Part shown: positions 48,070-62,451 of the stretch, piece after piece
Position numbering within the stretch: position 1 is the first letter of the stretch
Layout: each line of letters starts with the position of its first letter
Program-made: the position numbers and the translations under genes
The notes under the pieces: model-generated
Told to the model about the DNA's origin: nothing
The model's database searches: none
Seen by the model: only the letters and a program-made list of their open reading frames with translations
Origin: Antedon mediterranea
Lineage: Eukaryota; Animalia; Echinodermata
Length of the DNA: 64,000 nucleotides
Assembly (NCBI RefSeq): GCF_964355755.1
Contig: NC_092680.1
Coordinates: 62,001-126,000, forward strand
Reading direction: 5' to 3'

Positions 48070-51000
48070 ATGTCTCAACCAGCAGTTAGCAGTAGTCCAC
48101 CGACGTACACCCCACAGAGCCTTGATAGGCCTGAAAAGGGGACTAATTCCTTCTGGGAGCTCTTTAGGTCCTTGCCTGTAATTAATGCCATTTCTTCAAA
48201 TATATTCAACGCGTATGACAGTGTTAAAGCGGCGCCTATTATTGGTGTTGGTGTAAGAATCATGGAAGGAAGCTGCCAAAGTGTCCTAAAAGAAGTGAAA
48301 CCTTGCACAAATTCGCTTCCAGGTTGGTATTTAGTCTCAAATAACAAACTAATATTCTTTTTTGAAGTGTTAAACCACAACAAAATCGACCAAAATAGTG
48401 ATGAGCTGAATTCACAATTACTTCACGCCGTGTATATTCATACATCCGTCATTTCGGTGCAATAAATATGAAGAAATGTCCACAGAATTTTATTCTATAT
48501 TATAAAATTCGGTATTTATTCTATATTATAAATAGTGACAAATAATTCAATTTTTATTATTAATAGTTTCGCATTTTAAAAGTATAATACAACTCAGCCA
48601 GAATACAAAATTTGTTGTATAGGCACATATTAGGGTAATGCGCGCCGACCGACTCTCCCAAACGGAAACAAAGTATATAACTGCTTTATTTTTTCAGTAA
48701 AAGTCCTAGATGACCTTGCTTGTGGCGTTTTATTTGCTATTGAAAATAATTTTGAAATTGTTAGAAAAACACCAGAAGAGGTAAGATGAATTTTTCACTT
48801 TATAAGGTAAATATCGTATGGTCTTAAAAAAATAATAAATAGGGCAGGTTGTGCGTATCGACACTTTCAACAACCAATAACCAATTTCAAATCCATTTAT
48901 TTATTCAATTTATAGGCCTATAGTAAAATTAATATTTCGGTAGCATTTCTGTAAAGTAAAACTACGAATAACGGAACTTTGGTCCCAAGGCCTCCTAGTT
49001 TCGGTCTGTTTTCGTATTAAAAAAACTCGCGCAATATTTTTAAGATCGGCCAAGATATTAAAACGACACTAAACAATGGAGTGGAGGTATTTGTGCAGAC
49101 GTTTCCCGGACAACTCGCACTCTCTGGCCTGGAGCTTGCTGTATCTGCCTCAGAGTCTGCACTTAATGTGATAGATCAAAGAGAAGATGAAATAGATAAT
49201 GAAAATGAACCAGACGAAACTGATGGAGAAACAACGCCAGGAGGAAGACAGGCGACGATTGATGAACTCTGGGGATTAAAGGTATGCTTACTTTGTTTCC
49301 CGATTGCTATAATATGATAACCTAAACTGGTACACAAAACTATTGAATAGTGAAACGGTGCGCTTTATAAATCTACCATCTGATCAATCATCTAGTGAAG
49401 AGCGAGAGATGATTTTGGTGTCGTTCAAGACTTGTTAGCCATTTTCAGAATAATTTTATAGTAAAAAAGTTAACATTTTATTAGATAAATCATGAATAGT
49501 CATCTTAAAATTTTATATATTTACAGAGTAAAAAAGAATGCGAAACTACATCGTTTATTTACAAACCAATCAAATGGATGAGGCGACTTGTTGCAACACC
49601 GTTTTATGTTTCGGTATCGTATCTCGCTCTTTTGCAAATTGTTGTAGGCCTACACTGCTGAAAACAAAATCCTCTCAAGTTGACAAGAAAAACTGTTCTA
49701 CTCTGGTGTCTATATTGACCAGAATTCACAATTTTATACCTTGTCACAAACTTGTCATAATTGGCCTAGTAATTAATAATTAATTTTAATAATAAGCTAG
49801 CCTAGCTTATGCTACATCCAGGCCTATGCCTAGTACTCGTAGTAGGCTAGGCTAGGCCTAGGCAGTACATGAATGAACGTAATATAGTCACAACTAGCCC
49901 ATCAATTTAGAATTTAGCTAGACCCCTAGCTAGGCCTAAACTATAGGGAGTAGGTCCTAGGCTAGACTAGGCCTAATAGTAGTATGTTACACTGTATGCT
50001 ATTGCTATACTACTAGAAATTGACAACAATGAGGAATGGCCTGGATAGATTACTCGGCCATGGTGTTACTAGGCCTAGGCGTTAGGCTAGGCGCTACGCT
50101 AGGCTCTAGGCGCTAGGCTAGGCCTACCTACAGATCTGGACTGGAGCCCTAAAACCACATTAATAATAATAAATATATGACTTACTAATAATATACTTTA
50201 TCATCAATCATGCATTGGGCCTAATAATATCAATTTTTACCTTTTATTTATTTTACGAACCAATGAGCAAATATAATAGCGGCAATCTCTCGCGGTACAT
50301 CAATGGCTGGAAAGTTTTGTCTGCTCTGTTAAAAAAGTGCGGGAAAATGCACAACTGTGTCAGAGCCATATGTTATGCGCGATTTGAACGATTTGCGCAA
50401 TTTGAAATTGCGCAAAAAAAATCCTTGCGCAATTTGAATTGAAACATGTGTTTCAAATTGCGCAAGCAACGTATTAAATTGCGCAAGTAATCTGCAAATT
50501 GCGCAAGGTTTTTCGACAGATTGTGAAATCATGCACACCCATATTTTTATAGTAATTTCTAAGAATGATTCAAAATTAAAGATAAATATCGCATTTCCTT
50601 ATTTTAGTAGTGCAAATATTGTTATAAGTTAGCATACCGTCGAAGAACCGACGAAGGAAAACGAAGCGGTGGTGTTCCACCAGGCGGGCGCGGCGCGGGC
50701 GGCCGGCTATACTACTCTAGCCTAGCTAGGGTCTGGACTATTGATACTGACTAGGTTACATGGCCTAGCTTAAACTAATATTAAAAACTTAAAAAGTGAG
50801 TATTAAACATTATCTTCATTGAAATGGTCTTATTTATATAATAAAATACTAAATTTTAAACTCCTCTGCCTAGGCCTAGCCTAGCCATGTATGGGAAAAT
50901 TTACACTTCGTTTTCAAATTGCGCAAAGGTGTCATATTGCGCAAGAACTATCTTGCGCAATTTACAAATTGTGCAGCGCAATTTAAAATTGCGCAAAGAT

Positions 51001-53832
51001 TTTCTTGCGCAATTTGAAATTGCGCAAGTTGATTGCGCAATTTGAAATTGCGCAAAAAAATCTTTGCGCAATTTAAAATTGCGCAAGAATTCTTTGCGCA
51101 ATTTCAAATTGCGCAAGGATTTTTTTGCGCAATTTCAAATTGCGCAAATCGTTCAAATCGCGCATAACACCTTATATATAAAGAGTTACGACATTGAAGA
51201 TTAGAAGCCATTTTTGTGTCAAAGAATTCACACGCTGAGGGCGCGCGCGTTTCTTGTGTATAGCGTTTTCCTGTAGTTCCATGCATTATTTTTAGATTTT
51301 GTTGTCCGTGAAATAACGCTTAGATTCCGTTTTTATTTTAGTAATTAATTTTATTAATGTTATTGATTTGTTAAAATTTATATATATTTTTCATAATAAC
51401 AAAAAAATAAATACTAGGGCCTACATGGAAGTTAGGATACAATACAAAAAACACACAAATTCACAACTCTTTTCATGCAGTATATGGCTTTCTGTGTGTT
51501 TTTGAACAAACTGCGCCGCCAACATTATTAATATTCAGAGACGCGTTCATCATTTCATTTGTAATAATTTGCCATTATTATTTTAATAATTTGCCATTAT
51601 TATTTTAATATTGTCCATACCCCTTTCAGTGTATTAACAAATATATATCCACGAAACTTTATTATTTTATTTAGTCATCAAAGCATACATTATTAATTGA
51701 AAATAGTACATAATTGCATCTTTGATAATTGTTATTAATGGGACGTAGTTATGGGATGTTTTGTTCCAAAATCAATCAATCGAACGCTATAATGTACTAG
51801 CGCACGCGCGCGCAATATTCTTTGCCACAAGTACTTCTGTACGCTGTGCACATTGATATTTCATCGTGAAATGTGCAATTACATTTTTTTAAATATAAGA
51901 AAAAGTTGAAAATATTTTGTTGGTCCTATACTTTACATGCATTAATGCAGGAAAGTTTGACCATTTTAATCTGCATATCACGTGACTATAATCTAATGTC
52001 GTAACTCTTTATATATATATGGCTCTGACAACTGTCAGCCTGGAACGCCACCAGTACATTGTTTGTTACTTGGCAATGTGACGCAAAAAACTTGTAGTTT
52101 TTTTAATAACAAGATAGCTTCAATGTTTTCAGTGACTGTTTTACTCATCTTTCTGTTGTCTATTCAGTTTCAAGGTATTCATTTTGTTCCAAGATTTATA
52201 CTTATACATTTGGAGACATACTAAGGATATCATAATAATTTTTTTATTATTTTTTATTAATATTAATTTATCATAATTTTCTTTTTTTTTTAAAGAATAT
52301 GGTGCTTAAGGGCGTTTACAATTGGCTTAAGAACTTTGACAAATCGTTGGATCCAGAGAAACGAAAGGAGATCGAAGGAAGACGAAAGTTAACAGCGAGG
52401 CGACATTATAGTAACTCGTTGGTTCGAAGAATCGTAAATGCTCTTTCACCTTTAAAGTCGATGTTGATGATGATTGGTGTGATTGACGAACATCAAATTC
52501 GTAAGCTACTTCACATCACGGGAAATGGTATGCTTATCTGACGACGACGTTTACACACAACATTTAAGCTACACGTCACTTGTTCCGTTTTAATAAGACG
52601 TACAACGCTATTGTTGACGTGTTCTATTTTTGATGTCATATTTAAAGATATATTTTCACACCCGCCCACGCCCAAAACAAACAATTTACAAAACCGTTTT
52701 TATTGTCGGATAATAGAACTTTTTATTTAAAAAAATGTATAAATAAAATTATAATTTACTGGTAAAACCTTGATTTAAAGAAACATTGTCACATAAAGCC
52801 CGTTGTCTTGAATGGTTAGAAGGGTCAGATTTCTGTTTAATCATTTATGGAGATTTTTTTGGCAAAATTGTATTTTATCTTTGTTTCATGTTTTGGGTAA
52901 CTTTATCCTACAGTATCTATCCCAGTTGAGTAACAGTAATACAATCAATTCTATTTATAGAAAGTGTGGATACAAGTCCTGTAAAATCTTCGAATGATCG
53001 AGGAACAAAGAGAGATTATTCTGATGTTGCTGATGAATTAGAGTATGTTGTAGAAAACTACAAATCCGGTGAAGATGAAGACTACGTCGTAAGTATAGTG
53101 AACATAGTGAAGTGATCTAAGTAGCCTATACCGTAATTTATCTAAAGGGCACATTTACCATGGTGAGGGTCGCAGAGTCAGACGTCTATAAATAAGGAAA
53201 ACAGAAATAAATAAAAAAATTCACAAAGAAAACGCTTAAAAAAAAATAACAAAAAAGTTTATGATTTCTGTATTAGGCCTACATTGTAAGGCATTTTTTC
53301 CAAGTTTAATCGATTTACACGTTATGCCCACAGCAACCATCTAACGTATCAACCGACAGTGACGAATATAATGAAGGAGAGACGGAAAGTGACATAGAAA
53401 CGCAATTGAAAGCAGAACAAGATTCTTACTCATTGCCTACGGTAAGACTACAGGGGTAGATCAGGGAAGAAGGGAGGCGGTAAGACAGGGGTAGATCACA
53501 AAGGAGAGGATTAACTGGGAATTTTCCTAAAACATAACGCAACGCAGACGTAAGCGCAACGCAAGATTTAGACCAATCACGATCTATCTTGCAACGTGAA
53601 TTGCACTTAGTCCTCTTATGTCCCCTAGTGAGAGCTAAACCTCTAAAAGTCTGTTCTATCTAAGGTATTCACGTAAATAATAATTATATTTTTATTGCAG
53701 TCAACTGATAGACTTTCGAAACCTCCATCAGTAATGACGAATGGTCTCGCCGCCGAATCCAAAGAAGTTAACAAGAACTCAACGACTAAGCCTACAGTTA
53801 CAGTAGAACCTGCAGCTATTCAGAAAATCTAA
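48070..53832 (+). CDS. Perilipin/PAT-domain lipid-droplet protein-like gene, 8 coding exons, ~419 aa
   Basis: Exons 48070-48322, 48698-48780, 49045-49281, 49527-49613, 52296-52527, 52961-53088, 53334-53441, 53701-53832 (GT-AG, phases consistent, ends TAA). The N-terminus SLPVINAISSNIFNAYDSVK...MEGSC...LDDLACGVLFAIENNFEIVRKTPEE resembles the PAT domain (LPLVSS...AY..TK; ACxGLDxLEExxP). Acidic C-terminus. Confidence 0.7.
50371..51169. mobile_element. Foldback DNA transposon with TGTTA...TAACA ends, ~65-bp TIRs, rich in TTGCGCAA
   Basis: tgttatgcgcgatttgaacgatttgcgcaatttgaaattgcgcaa... is mirrored at the right end. Flanks ccata/cctta (4/5 match). About 20 TTGCGCAA octamers. Confidence 0.85.
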
Positions 53833-55969
53833 ATAAAGCAATATGTTTACATTCAATACAGTAACTCATTGTACTGATTACTAAATATCCTCCGACGCGA
53901 AAACTATCTTTATTTTTATAATTAGCAGCACTTTAAGTGGTTAGAATGTTGTCCTTCATTTAATAATTCATAGATTAAACATGTAAGTATTACGCTAAAT
54001 ATCCTACAAAATGATATATAAAATATATATAAAAATACAAATTTTTGTGTGTACAGTATAATAATTAATATAAAGTAAAATAAAAAATGTCTTGCCCGAT
54101 ATTGCAGGGCGCCCTCTTAGGTTGTTGGAAGTTTGGTTTTTGTTCAGTTGATCATATTAATATTAGATCGTCTATCTTTGGTAGCCTATAGAACAATCAA
54201 TCGTCCTCCTGGCGCGTCTCTCCTGGAATTTTGTGAACACGTTCAACTTAAATTGTAATTTTTCTAAATTGAAATTTTGAAGATTATTGATTGCCATGCA
54301 GCTTCTTATTTCGATAAGTTAAATAATGCATACCAGCAGATCGGCTTATGATATTCTCCTTTTTCAATCTGATCTTAGACCTTAGAACCATGATGAATTC
54401 AATATAAATTCATTTGAACAATTTCAAAGCATTTTTTCACTGCTTTGATCAGAAGTACAGACTAAATCTAAAAGTACGCCAATTTCTTTATAAAATTATT
54501 AGGAAGGCCTAAACTAATTAATATTTGATCTTTTCCGCCAACGCCTGGTGGTGCTATTATAGGTTTTTCCGATGAGAAAATCGTATCCTGCAATTATAGC
54601 GGTGTGGTGGCGCTATAGTATCTTTGCAGAGCTGAGAGAATTAATCCCATCGTCGACATTTTTATATTCTCCTCTCCTATCGCGAATGTTTATCGCGAAT
54701 GTTTATGAGAAGCCATAATAAAGGCTGGAATATTGTGCCTAAATACAGCTAAACGGTGGCACTTTAATTCAAATGCAACCAGTGAATGTATACATCAATA
54801 TTTGGTGCGTATTTTAAATATTACTGTTTTATTGATAAATGTATTTTTAAGTTGTTCTATTATGAAATACTGATGGAAGGTTAACAGATTTATTATTAGA
54901 CCGTCTTCTCCCCTTCCTTCTACCCACTACACTGCTAGGGCCCGGCTAAGCTATACTACTACTAGGCCTAGGATACTGTGCGAGTCAATACTAGGCCTAG
55001 TAGTAGCCCTAATACTACTACTACTAGGGCTAGTTGTATTAGTAAACATATTATTTTGGTGGTCAGAGAGTTTATGTTAAATAAAGCTAGAAATATAATA
55101 ATGGTAGTAAACTAACTAGGCCTACTGTACTGTATGTAGGACTAGACTAGAGAGGCCCTAACTAAGTTTGCCTTTATTATAAATATAATAAAGGCCTAAC
55201 TAGGGCCTAAATGCACTTGTCAATTGTATGACCGACTATACAACTCCCGAGAGGTGCGTCATACCTTGCACACTATCGTTCATTGATGTGACGTACCTTT
55301 CTAGTTTTTTTACGAAACCCTTCCGTCAGTAATTATTTGTAAATGACGCACCTCTCCCAGGGTAGAAAGTAAATAAATACAAAGTGATAGGCCTAATGCC
55401 TATGAATTATTCACAAAGAAATAAAAAAGACAGTATCTTGCAATTATTTTCCAATTAGACTCAAATCTACTAGTAGTACTACTTGTAGTATTACCATAAA
55501 ATGTGCCATATCAGACTGGTCATTAATGATCCAAATGCAAGTGAACACAGTTCAGTTGACTCCTGTTCCAAGACTTTTTGGGTCCAAAAAGTCCTAAATT
55601 CTTTTTAATCATTAAAAAAATTACATTGAAATATGACATTTTATAGTGTATGAGCATGGGTATTTCCAGTTTTGGTAGCTGTTTGAAGCTATTTGCTAAT
55701 GCTAGTATCATTGATCAACTCTATTTACAAAATTGTACTGTATACTATCATTTATCATTGATAATAAAGAATAACAAATGAATGATGATAGCAAATTAAA
55801 TCATGATTATTTTACTTTATTTTATCTTTTATTTCAATAAAAAGAAATACAGAGTACAACATTCTCCATAGCTCAAGAACAAATTACAAAGTGTCTACAT
55901 TATTATAAATATTTGTTAAAAAATTGTTGTTTGTACTGGGTATAGAATACTGTAGAAGAAATGACTGTT

Positions 55970-56383
55970 TAAAATATTGCCGCCGCCACTGTACACCCTC
56001 TCAATATACAGTATAAAGTATTGCCGCCACTGTACACCCTCTCAATATACAATATAAAATATTGCCGCCACTGTACACCCTCTCAATATACAGTATAAAA
56101 TATTACCGCCACTGTACACCCTCTCAATATACAGTATAAAATATTGCCGCCACTGTACACCCTCTCAATATACAGTATAAAATATTGCCGCCACTGTACA
56201 CCCTCTCAATATACAGTATAAAATATTGCCGCCGCCACTGTACACCCTCTCAATATACAGTATAAAATATTGCCGCCACTACACCCTCTCAATATACAGT
56301 ATAAAATATTGCCGCCACTGTACAACCTCTCAATATACAGTATAAAATATTGCCGCCACTGTACACCCTCTCAATATACAGTA
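55970..56383. repeat. Tandem array, 41-bp unit, ~10 copies
   Basis: aaaatattgccgccactgtacaccctctcaatatacagtat repeated. Confidence 0.95.
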
Positions 56384-57438
56384 GTGGTTTTCTTTTTATT
56401 CATTTTTAATTCAAACTTTCGGTAGCTTTATTATGTCTCTTGTGCTGCGTGCGTTAAGGCAAGAAATGTAATCAATATTGGGCCAATTTCTGAAAAATAT
56501 TGTAATTGATTTACAGATCACTATTTTCTGTTTTACATAGAAATGGTTACTAATTACGTAGTTTAATACAGACTTATGTTAAGTGTAGGCCTACATTTTA
56601 AGACAATCAACCACTTAATAGTAAATACGTACTTTATTACCATATTTTATAATGTTTACTAGATACTACTAAAGTGCAGTGGTATAGTAAATCATTACAA
56701 ATAGAATGGAAACTGTGATACTTGATTGAATAAATCATGATTAAAGGCTTTGTTCATTAGCTGCATTTAAATATTCTGTAGAGTATCTTACAAACAATTA
56801 AAGATTCATTGATTAATTACAGACAATTAAAGTACTGTACATGCCAGTAATGATGAGCATGTAAACAGCAAAATAGCAGCATTCAAATGCATAATATTTA
56901 TGACATGCTGCCTGTAGGCAATAGAAACCATCCATTTTAATTTTTTCTTTTATTTATTCTGTACCATTATTGATGATGATTGTTTTTTAACTCTAAAAGC
57001 CCATTTATACTAGGATGGTATTAATGCATTTTTACTAAAACTGTACATAAAACAAAATAAATACAGTAGACTACTACTACAGTTTTCATCATAGAACTAG
57101 GATAACAACAATATGCTGATGAAAATCAAATTTGTCACAATCTAATCAAATGATGTCATGATTAGTAATAGCAATAATGATTTTCCCCCAAATATACCAC
57201 CAACAAATATTAGCTAATTTTTCACCTTTTAACAATATTACAAATTAGTAGTAGTATTTTTATTAGAAAATGGTTTTTCAAAATATGTTTAAAAGTCTTC
57301 TATGCTTAATCACAAATAATTGTTTAAATCAGCACATCTCATTCAGACTGTGCCTCTGATTTAAAAGAGATACAATAAAAGTTCAGTTTAGTGGGTTACA
57401 TTACAATGAAAGATTCGGTCATTTATAAAATATTTACG

Positions 57439-59224
57439 CAGGCCTTGTCTTTTAAGGCGAGTGAGAGTGATCACTCACCTAACACACTCCTAAACTGCGC
57501 TTGAGGAGTGCGATTTACAACACGCCTAAATTTGGTAAACTTAAAGGGGGGTTCCGGGTTTAAAATGAATAGTAAAAAATGTAAAATATATTTGTTTGTC
57601 TCTTGAACGGTAAAAGTTTCAATTTATATAAGCGCCCAGTGAAGCAGAACGAAGGCTGTGAAATCAGGCCAGATTACAAGTGCAGCTACGGCAAAATCAC
57701 ACTGTGGTTACAAAATAGGAAATTCGTGAAATGGTCCATCTTCCGACGACTCGTTATCATAAACCATATCAATTACTTTTGTAAAATTATACTTATCTGA
57801 TGTAATTTTAGTCGGTCTTCCCATTTATAAAGTCAATTTTTTATGAAAATTCATCAAAACAGTGAAAAATTAGATATGTTTGCACTTTACGTTTGCCGAT
57901 TTTCGCACCGACTTAGGGAAAAATCAAAATCAATGAAGCGTAACGTATACTGTACATTCCTGCTGAGGATCGAGCGAGACGACGATACACGTGCTCTCTG
58001 CTGCCCATGCCTGGCATCGTCACGTGATAAGCAGATACAACAATACCAAACTGGTCGGGTCGAGTATACCCCGTCTATAATCACAACATGAACGATGTAC
58101 AGTATTTGATTGAAGGTCGACTCGACCTACCGGAATGGTATAGATAATATAGCTCGAATGAGAGAGTTGGAATATTTGTGTAGTGCAGCCTATAGTAAAA
58201 GGCCTGGTAGTATCAATTCGCATAGGGTCTACTACACTAGCTAGCTCAATTTTTAACTGGGCCGGATCGGCTAGGTCTCCTTCCTACTACCTGGTCTACT
58301 TGCTTGATGCATGAGTATCCGCTTTTTTGGAGAGTAAACTAAACCTATTTATTTTAGGCCTACTTAGACGATCGGGACACCATACGTGTGGACGGCGATC
58401 GGACCTTGTTTTGCTTCAATATTTACAGCCGATTTTGTAGAATGTTTTAGGTTTAGATTGTTTAGGAGTTTGGTTGATAGGATGGGTTTTGTTATTTATG
58501 GGCCAATCGTCTAGTAGGCCTAGTAGGCTAGCTAGGCCCATGGGCCCCATTGTTTTAACGTAGCCATCGTGGCATGGAATCCCTAGTCAGAATGGCTCTC
58601 GCCCATATTATTATTAGGCTAGGCCTAGAGTAGTATTGTACGTGAAGCCGATAATACGATCTGTACTATAGAGGTATAAAAATAGTATAATTTATGACTC
58701 CGTATCTGTACTAAATTTTGTATTTCATTAAATGTCAAATAAATATATGCTACTACTGTTATTATTACACTTTAGGCCTAGCTTAGAAAATCTACAAAAA
58801 ATGTATTTCACAATGATCACAATGGTGGTCGTCGTTTGACAGGGGAGAGAGATGTAAATTAGTTGACAAACACAACGTACATGACGTCGCGAGTTTGGAA
58901 TCCACTGGTGACGTGATTTTGTGAATATCTCATGAATATTAATGAGCTTCCCTAAGCTGCTAAAAAACAGACTTTCCATGAATTTACCCTAAAATGTATA
59001 TGAAATTTTATTTTTTTAATTTCTCGTTATTACTTCTTCATTCTGAAATGTCTATATTGTTATAATATTTTTTATTTAATAAATAAACGATATTTAAAAG
59101 CAATTTTAAACCCAGAATCCCCCTTTAAACACACCAAAGTACAAACAGCACAACTACAGCACCCCTGAATGTGATGAGGAGTGCAATTTGTAGCACACCT
59201 ACAATTTTGAAAATACAAGGCCTG
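57439..59224. mobile_element. hAT-like MITE (CAGGCC ends, 6-bp TSD) hosting a nested insertion
   Basis: tttacg|caggccttgt...acaaggcctg|tttacg; about 200 bp once the nested element is removed. Confidence 0.8.
57545..59124. mobile_element. 1.58-kb non-autonomous Kolobok-like DNA transposon (TTAA TSD, AG termini)
   Basis: ttaa|aggggggttccgggtttaaaat...attttaaacccagaatccccct|ttaa (22-bp TIR, 2 mismatches). Confidence 0.8.
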
Positions 59225-61108
59225 TTTACGTACCCTTGTATAAGCCCAATTGTTTTACATTTTTTTTATTTCATACAGTAGGCAACTTATCCAATTGTAT
59301 ACTGTAGGCCTATTGACAATTGTTTTTTTAAAATATATTTTTATTTCATTTATTTGTTTGACAAAAAAATGTCTGTGGCTTCTAAAAAGTATTAAAGCAA
59401 GCCAGAAGTCCCAGCTTAAAACTTACGAAATTATTATACAGTATTTTTAAAACATTAAGTTAAACACCCATCACCCACCTCTCCATTAAAAAATAGACAG
59501 AAAACAAAGCTTTTTAAACGTAAATCTACTGTACAGAATAAGCACATTATTATTATACAGGTGTTTTTTACTATTCATTAACTACAACAACAGTTTTTAG
59601 ATTTGAAAAATAATAAACAGTATTGTGTGTATACAGGTACTATAAGCCTGTTTAAATACCATTGTACTTCAACATCTGTACCATGATTCAATGCCTTTTG
59701 TGTCATCCTCAATGCAATTCAAACCAACTGTAATGAATTCTAGCAAGATCACAGGATCATCTTAAAATTGAAGTAAGGAACAAGATTTCATAAATCACAC
59801 ATAAATCGAAAGAAAAATATACTTTACTGTACCTAGAGTGTATCAATCAAGGAGATAAATACTAGCAGTTTACATTTTGTTGAAAGGCCTTTGTCCTTTA
59901 CCATGCTGAGTTAGCCCAAAGCAAGATGGCTTTCTCTCTTTCTGCATACAGTGGATCATGGTTCCAACCAAGAGAATACATTATTGTAACACTACTTGCC
60001 TTTGTTTGAAGCCTATACTCAATTGCATATTGTCAACTTTCAAAATCAATCGGTAACATTTAATATTGCTAAATATAAAAAACAAATTGAGGCTATGTAA
60101 TATTTAGTTAATTTTTTAACAAAATGGTTTAAAAAATCAAATAAATACTGTACTGTTAAAAAAATTAACAAGGAAAACATTAATGTGGGTGAAATATTTA
60201 ATGCAAGGTAGAGTATACTGTGATTCATAATTTACAATATCATGTAGAAATATTAATTTGATAAATATTTACATTACAATTTATAGTTTTAATCATTTGG
60301 AATCAAATAAATATTCATGCGACCTTGTGCAATAATTATGTTTAGCCATACAAGGAGGACAGTAGACTAAAGAAAAACAGCACTAGATATAAAATATCTC
60401 ATGTGGTGTAGCATGGCTTACTGAACGTGCTGAATTCAAATATTTTAGATGAGCGTTGTGTATCCATATGCAAGCCACATTTACTGCATCAGTGGGGAGA
60501 GAGAGAGAGAAAGCCTTGCAAATTATATTTACTACTTTATTCAAAAACTAACAAAATTAACTCTCAATTCTGGTAAGTCTTGTAATTCATGTATTAAATG
60601 TAACATCTCTTGTTTGTTGAATGATTGACACGATTATTTTTCCAAATTAACTAAAGCCAAATAAAACTAAGATGTTGTTAAATTCTCTACCTCAATTGCA
60701 GGATTAACGTCAATTAAAATATTGTGCATTAATCTCTTTTTTTTTTTAATGATTTTGATGACAGCATACCAAAAAAAAATTGAATAGGCACATTCAGCAT
60801 AGGATTATATCAACTTTTTGTGCTCAAGAGAGATTGTATATACTGTAGGCACATTCAGCATAGGATTATGTGGTACATCAACTTTTTGAATATCAACTGA
60901 ATTAATTCATAGTTTTGCTCCTTAAATCAATACAAATAGAATAGTAAACTGTAAAATACAAAATATTGAAGTCATTACAAAATAGACATTGTTTAATAGT
61001 ACTTATTAATAGTGAAGTGAATTGTAGTATCATGTACGGTAAGGTGATTTTTGCAGAATGTGAAATAATTTGAATACATATCAAGTATTACTAGTAGTAA
61101 CTTGTAAT

Positions 61109-61785
61109 TTACCTCCGCCAAGGAGGTATATGTAATCGATCGTATGTGTTTGTCTGTCTGTTTGTCTGTTTGTTTGTTAGCAGGATTACTCAAAAAGTAA
61201 TTACAAGATCTTTACCAAAATGAATATACAGATAGATATGTGGTCAAGGACCATTCCATTAAATGTTGGGACCATTTGGGACCATGGTCCCAATTCTGAA
61301 CCACTTTTTATTATACTTTTCAGACCTGCTAGTGTTAAAAGATAGGACAGAATTTTTCAAAAGCCGGCGAGCAGTCTTAAAGTATTAAGTAAACTGAAAT
61401 TGCATTTTCTCGAGAACTACTTGTCCAAAAAACTTCATTTTTGTACAAGAGGCAAGACTTAAAATTGGTTATTTGTAATTTAAAAACATGAATTGATTTA
61501 ATGTGGACTTTTTTTAATGCGAGTAGTTTAAAAAACCTATTTCTTTTCAAATTCACTCGTTTGATTTTCGCGTTGCTGTTCTATTGTTAGTCAACTGAAG
61601 CTATTGTTAATTGAAAAAAGGCTTGTTACATAACCATTACACCAAACTCGTATACACATGCTTGTAGTGAAATTAGCCTAAATCTCAAACAGCATTAAGA
61701 CATTAAGCATTTTTTCCGGAGAAATCTTATGTAGGAGAATTTTACGGTAGGCGGAGGTATGCACTCTCGGAGTGGCTTTCTAGTT
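61109..61785 (+). mobile_element. Non-autonomous Helentron-type (HINE/DINE-like) element
   Basis: 5' acctccgcc with its subterminal inverted copy ggcggaggt near the 3' end, (gtct/gttt)n microsatellite, 3' hairpin cactc-tcg-gagtg and terminal ctagtt. Confidence 0.7.
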
Positions 61786-62451
61786 AGATTTATGTGGTTT
61801 GTTGTTTACAATATGATCATGTCAAATACATGAACACACAAAAATGTTTATTGTGTCATTCAACAAACACTAAAATCATTACATACATTACAGTACTTTC
61901 CAATATTTAAGTTTCAAAATGCACAGAAATGCTACAAAAATATTAAATACTGTATGATAAATACAGGATTTTTTTCTGTAAAATTCTATTATAAAAATAA
62001 CAAAATGAGCATGCATGTATTTACAGCAGACTCATACAGTAGTAGTAGGCAGTAGCTTTGTGGTAAAAAGATATAAAATATTGATTTATATTGAATGTCC
62101 TTGGTAAAGATGGCCTTTCCTAGTAAGACTGTACATAATGTTGATCATACAGTATGTACAGTGATAACTTGTTTGGTAAACAATTACTATAATAACAGTA
62201 AATTGAGTGTACATAGCATTCATGATATCTGCCCACTCATTTCTTCATACAGTGTACACTCATCTTGATCATCATGCTAATTTAAAGTGTTCAAAGCTCC
62301 ATTTAAATGTGATTGGTTGTATTCATGAGAAATCACAGATGCAGGGAATTAATAAAGCACAGTCACATTTTAATAAGGGTTTATCTAAAGTTCAAGGGTG
62401 AATATTCTTTGGAGTTTTGGAATTAAAACTATTTGTTGAACATATTTCTAA

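Noticed and set aside
55500-62400. Possible 3' UTR or introns of a downstream gene
   Set aside because: No exon or coding signal I could support; only AT-rich DNA and transposons.
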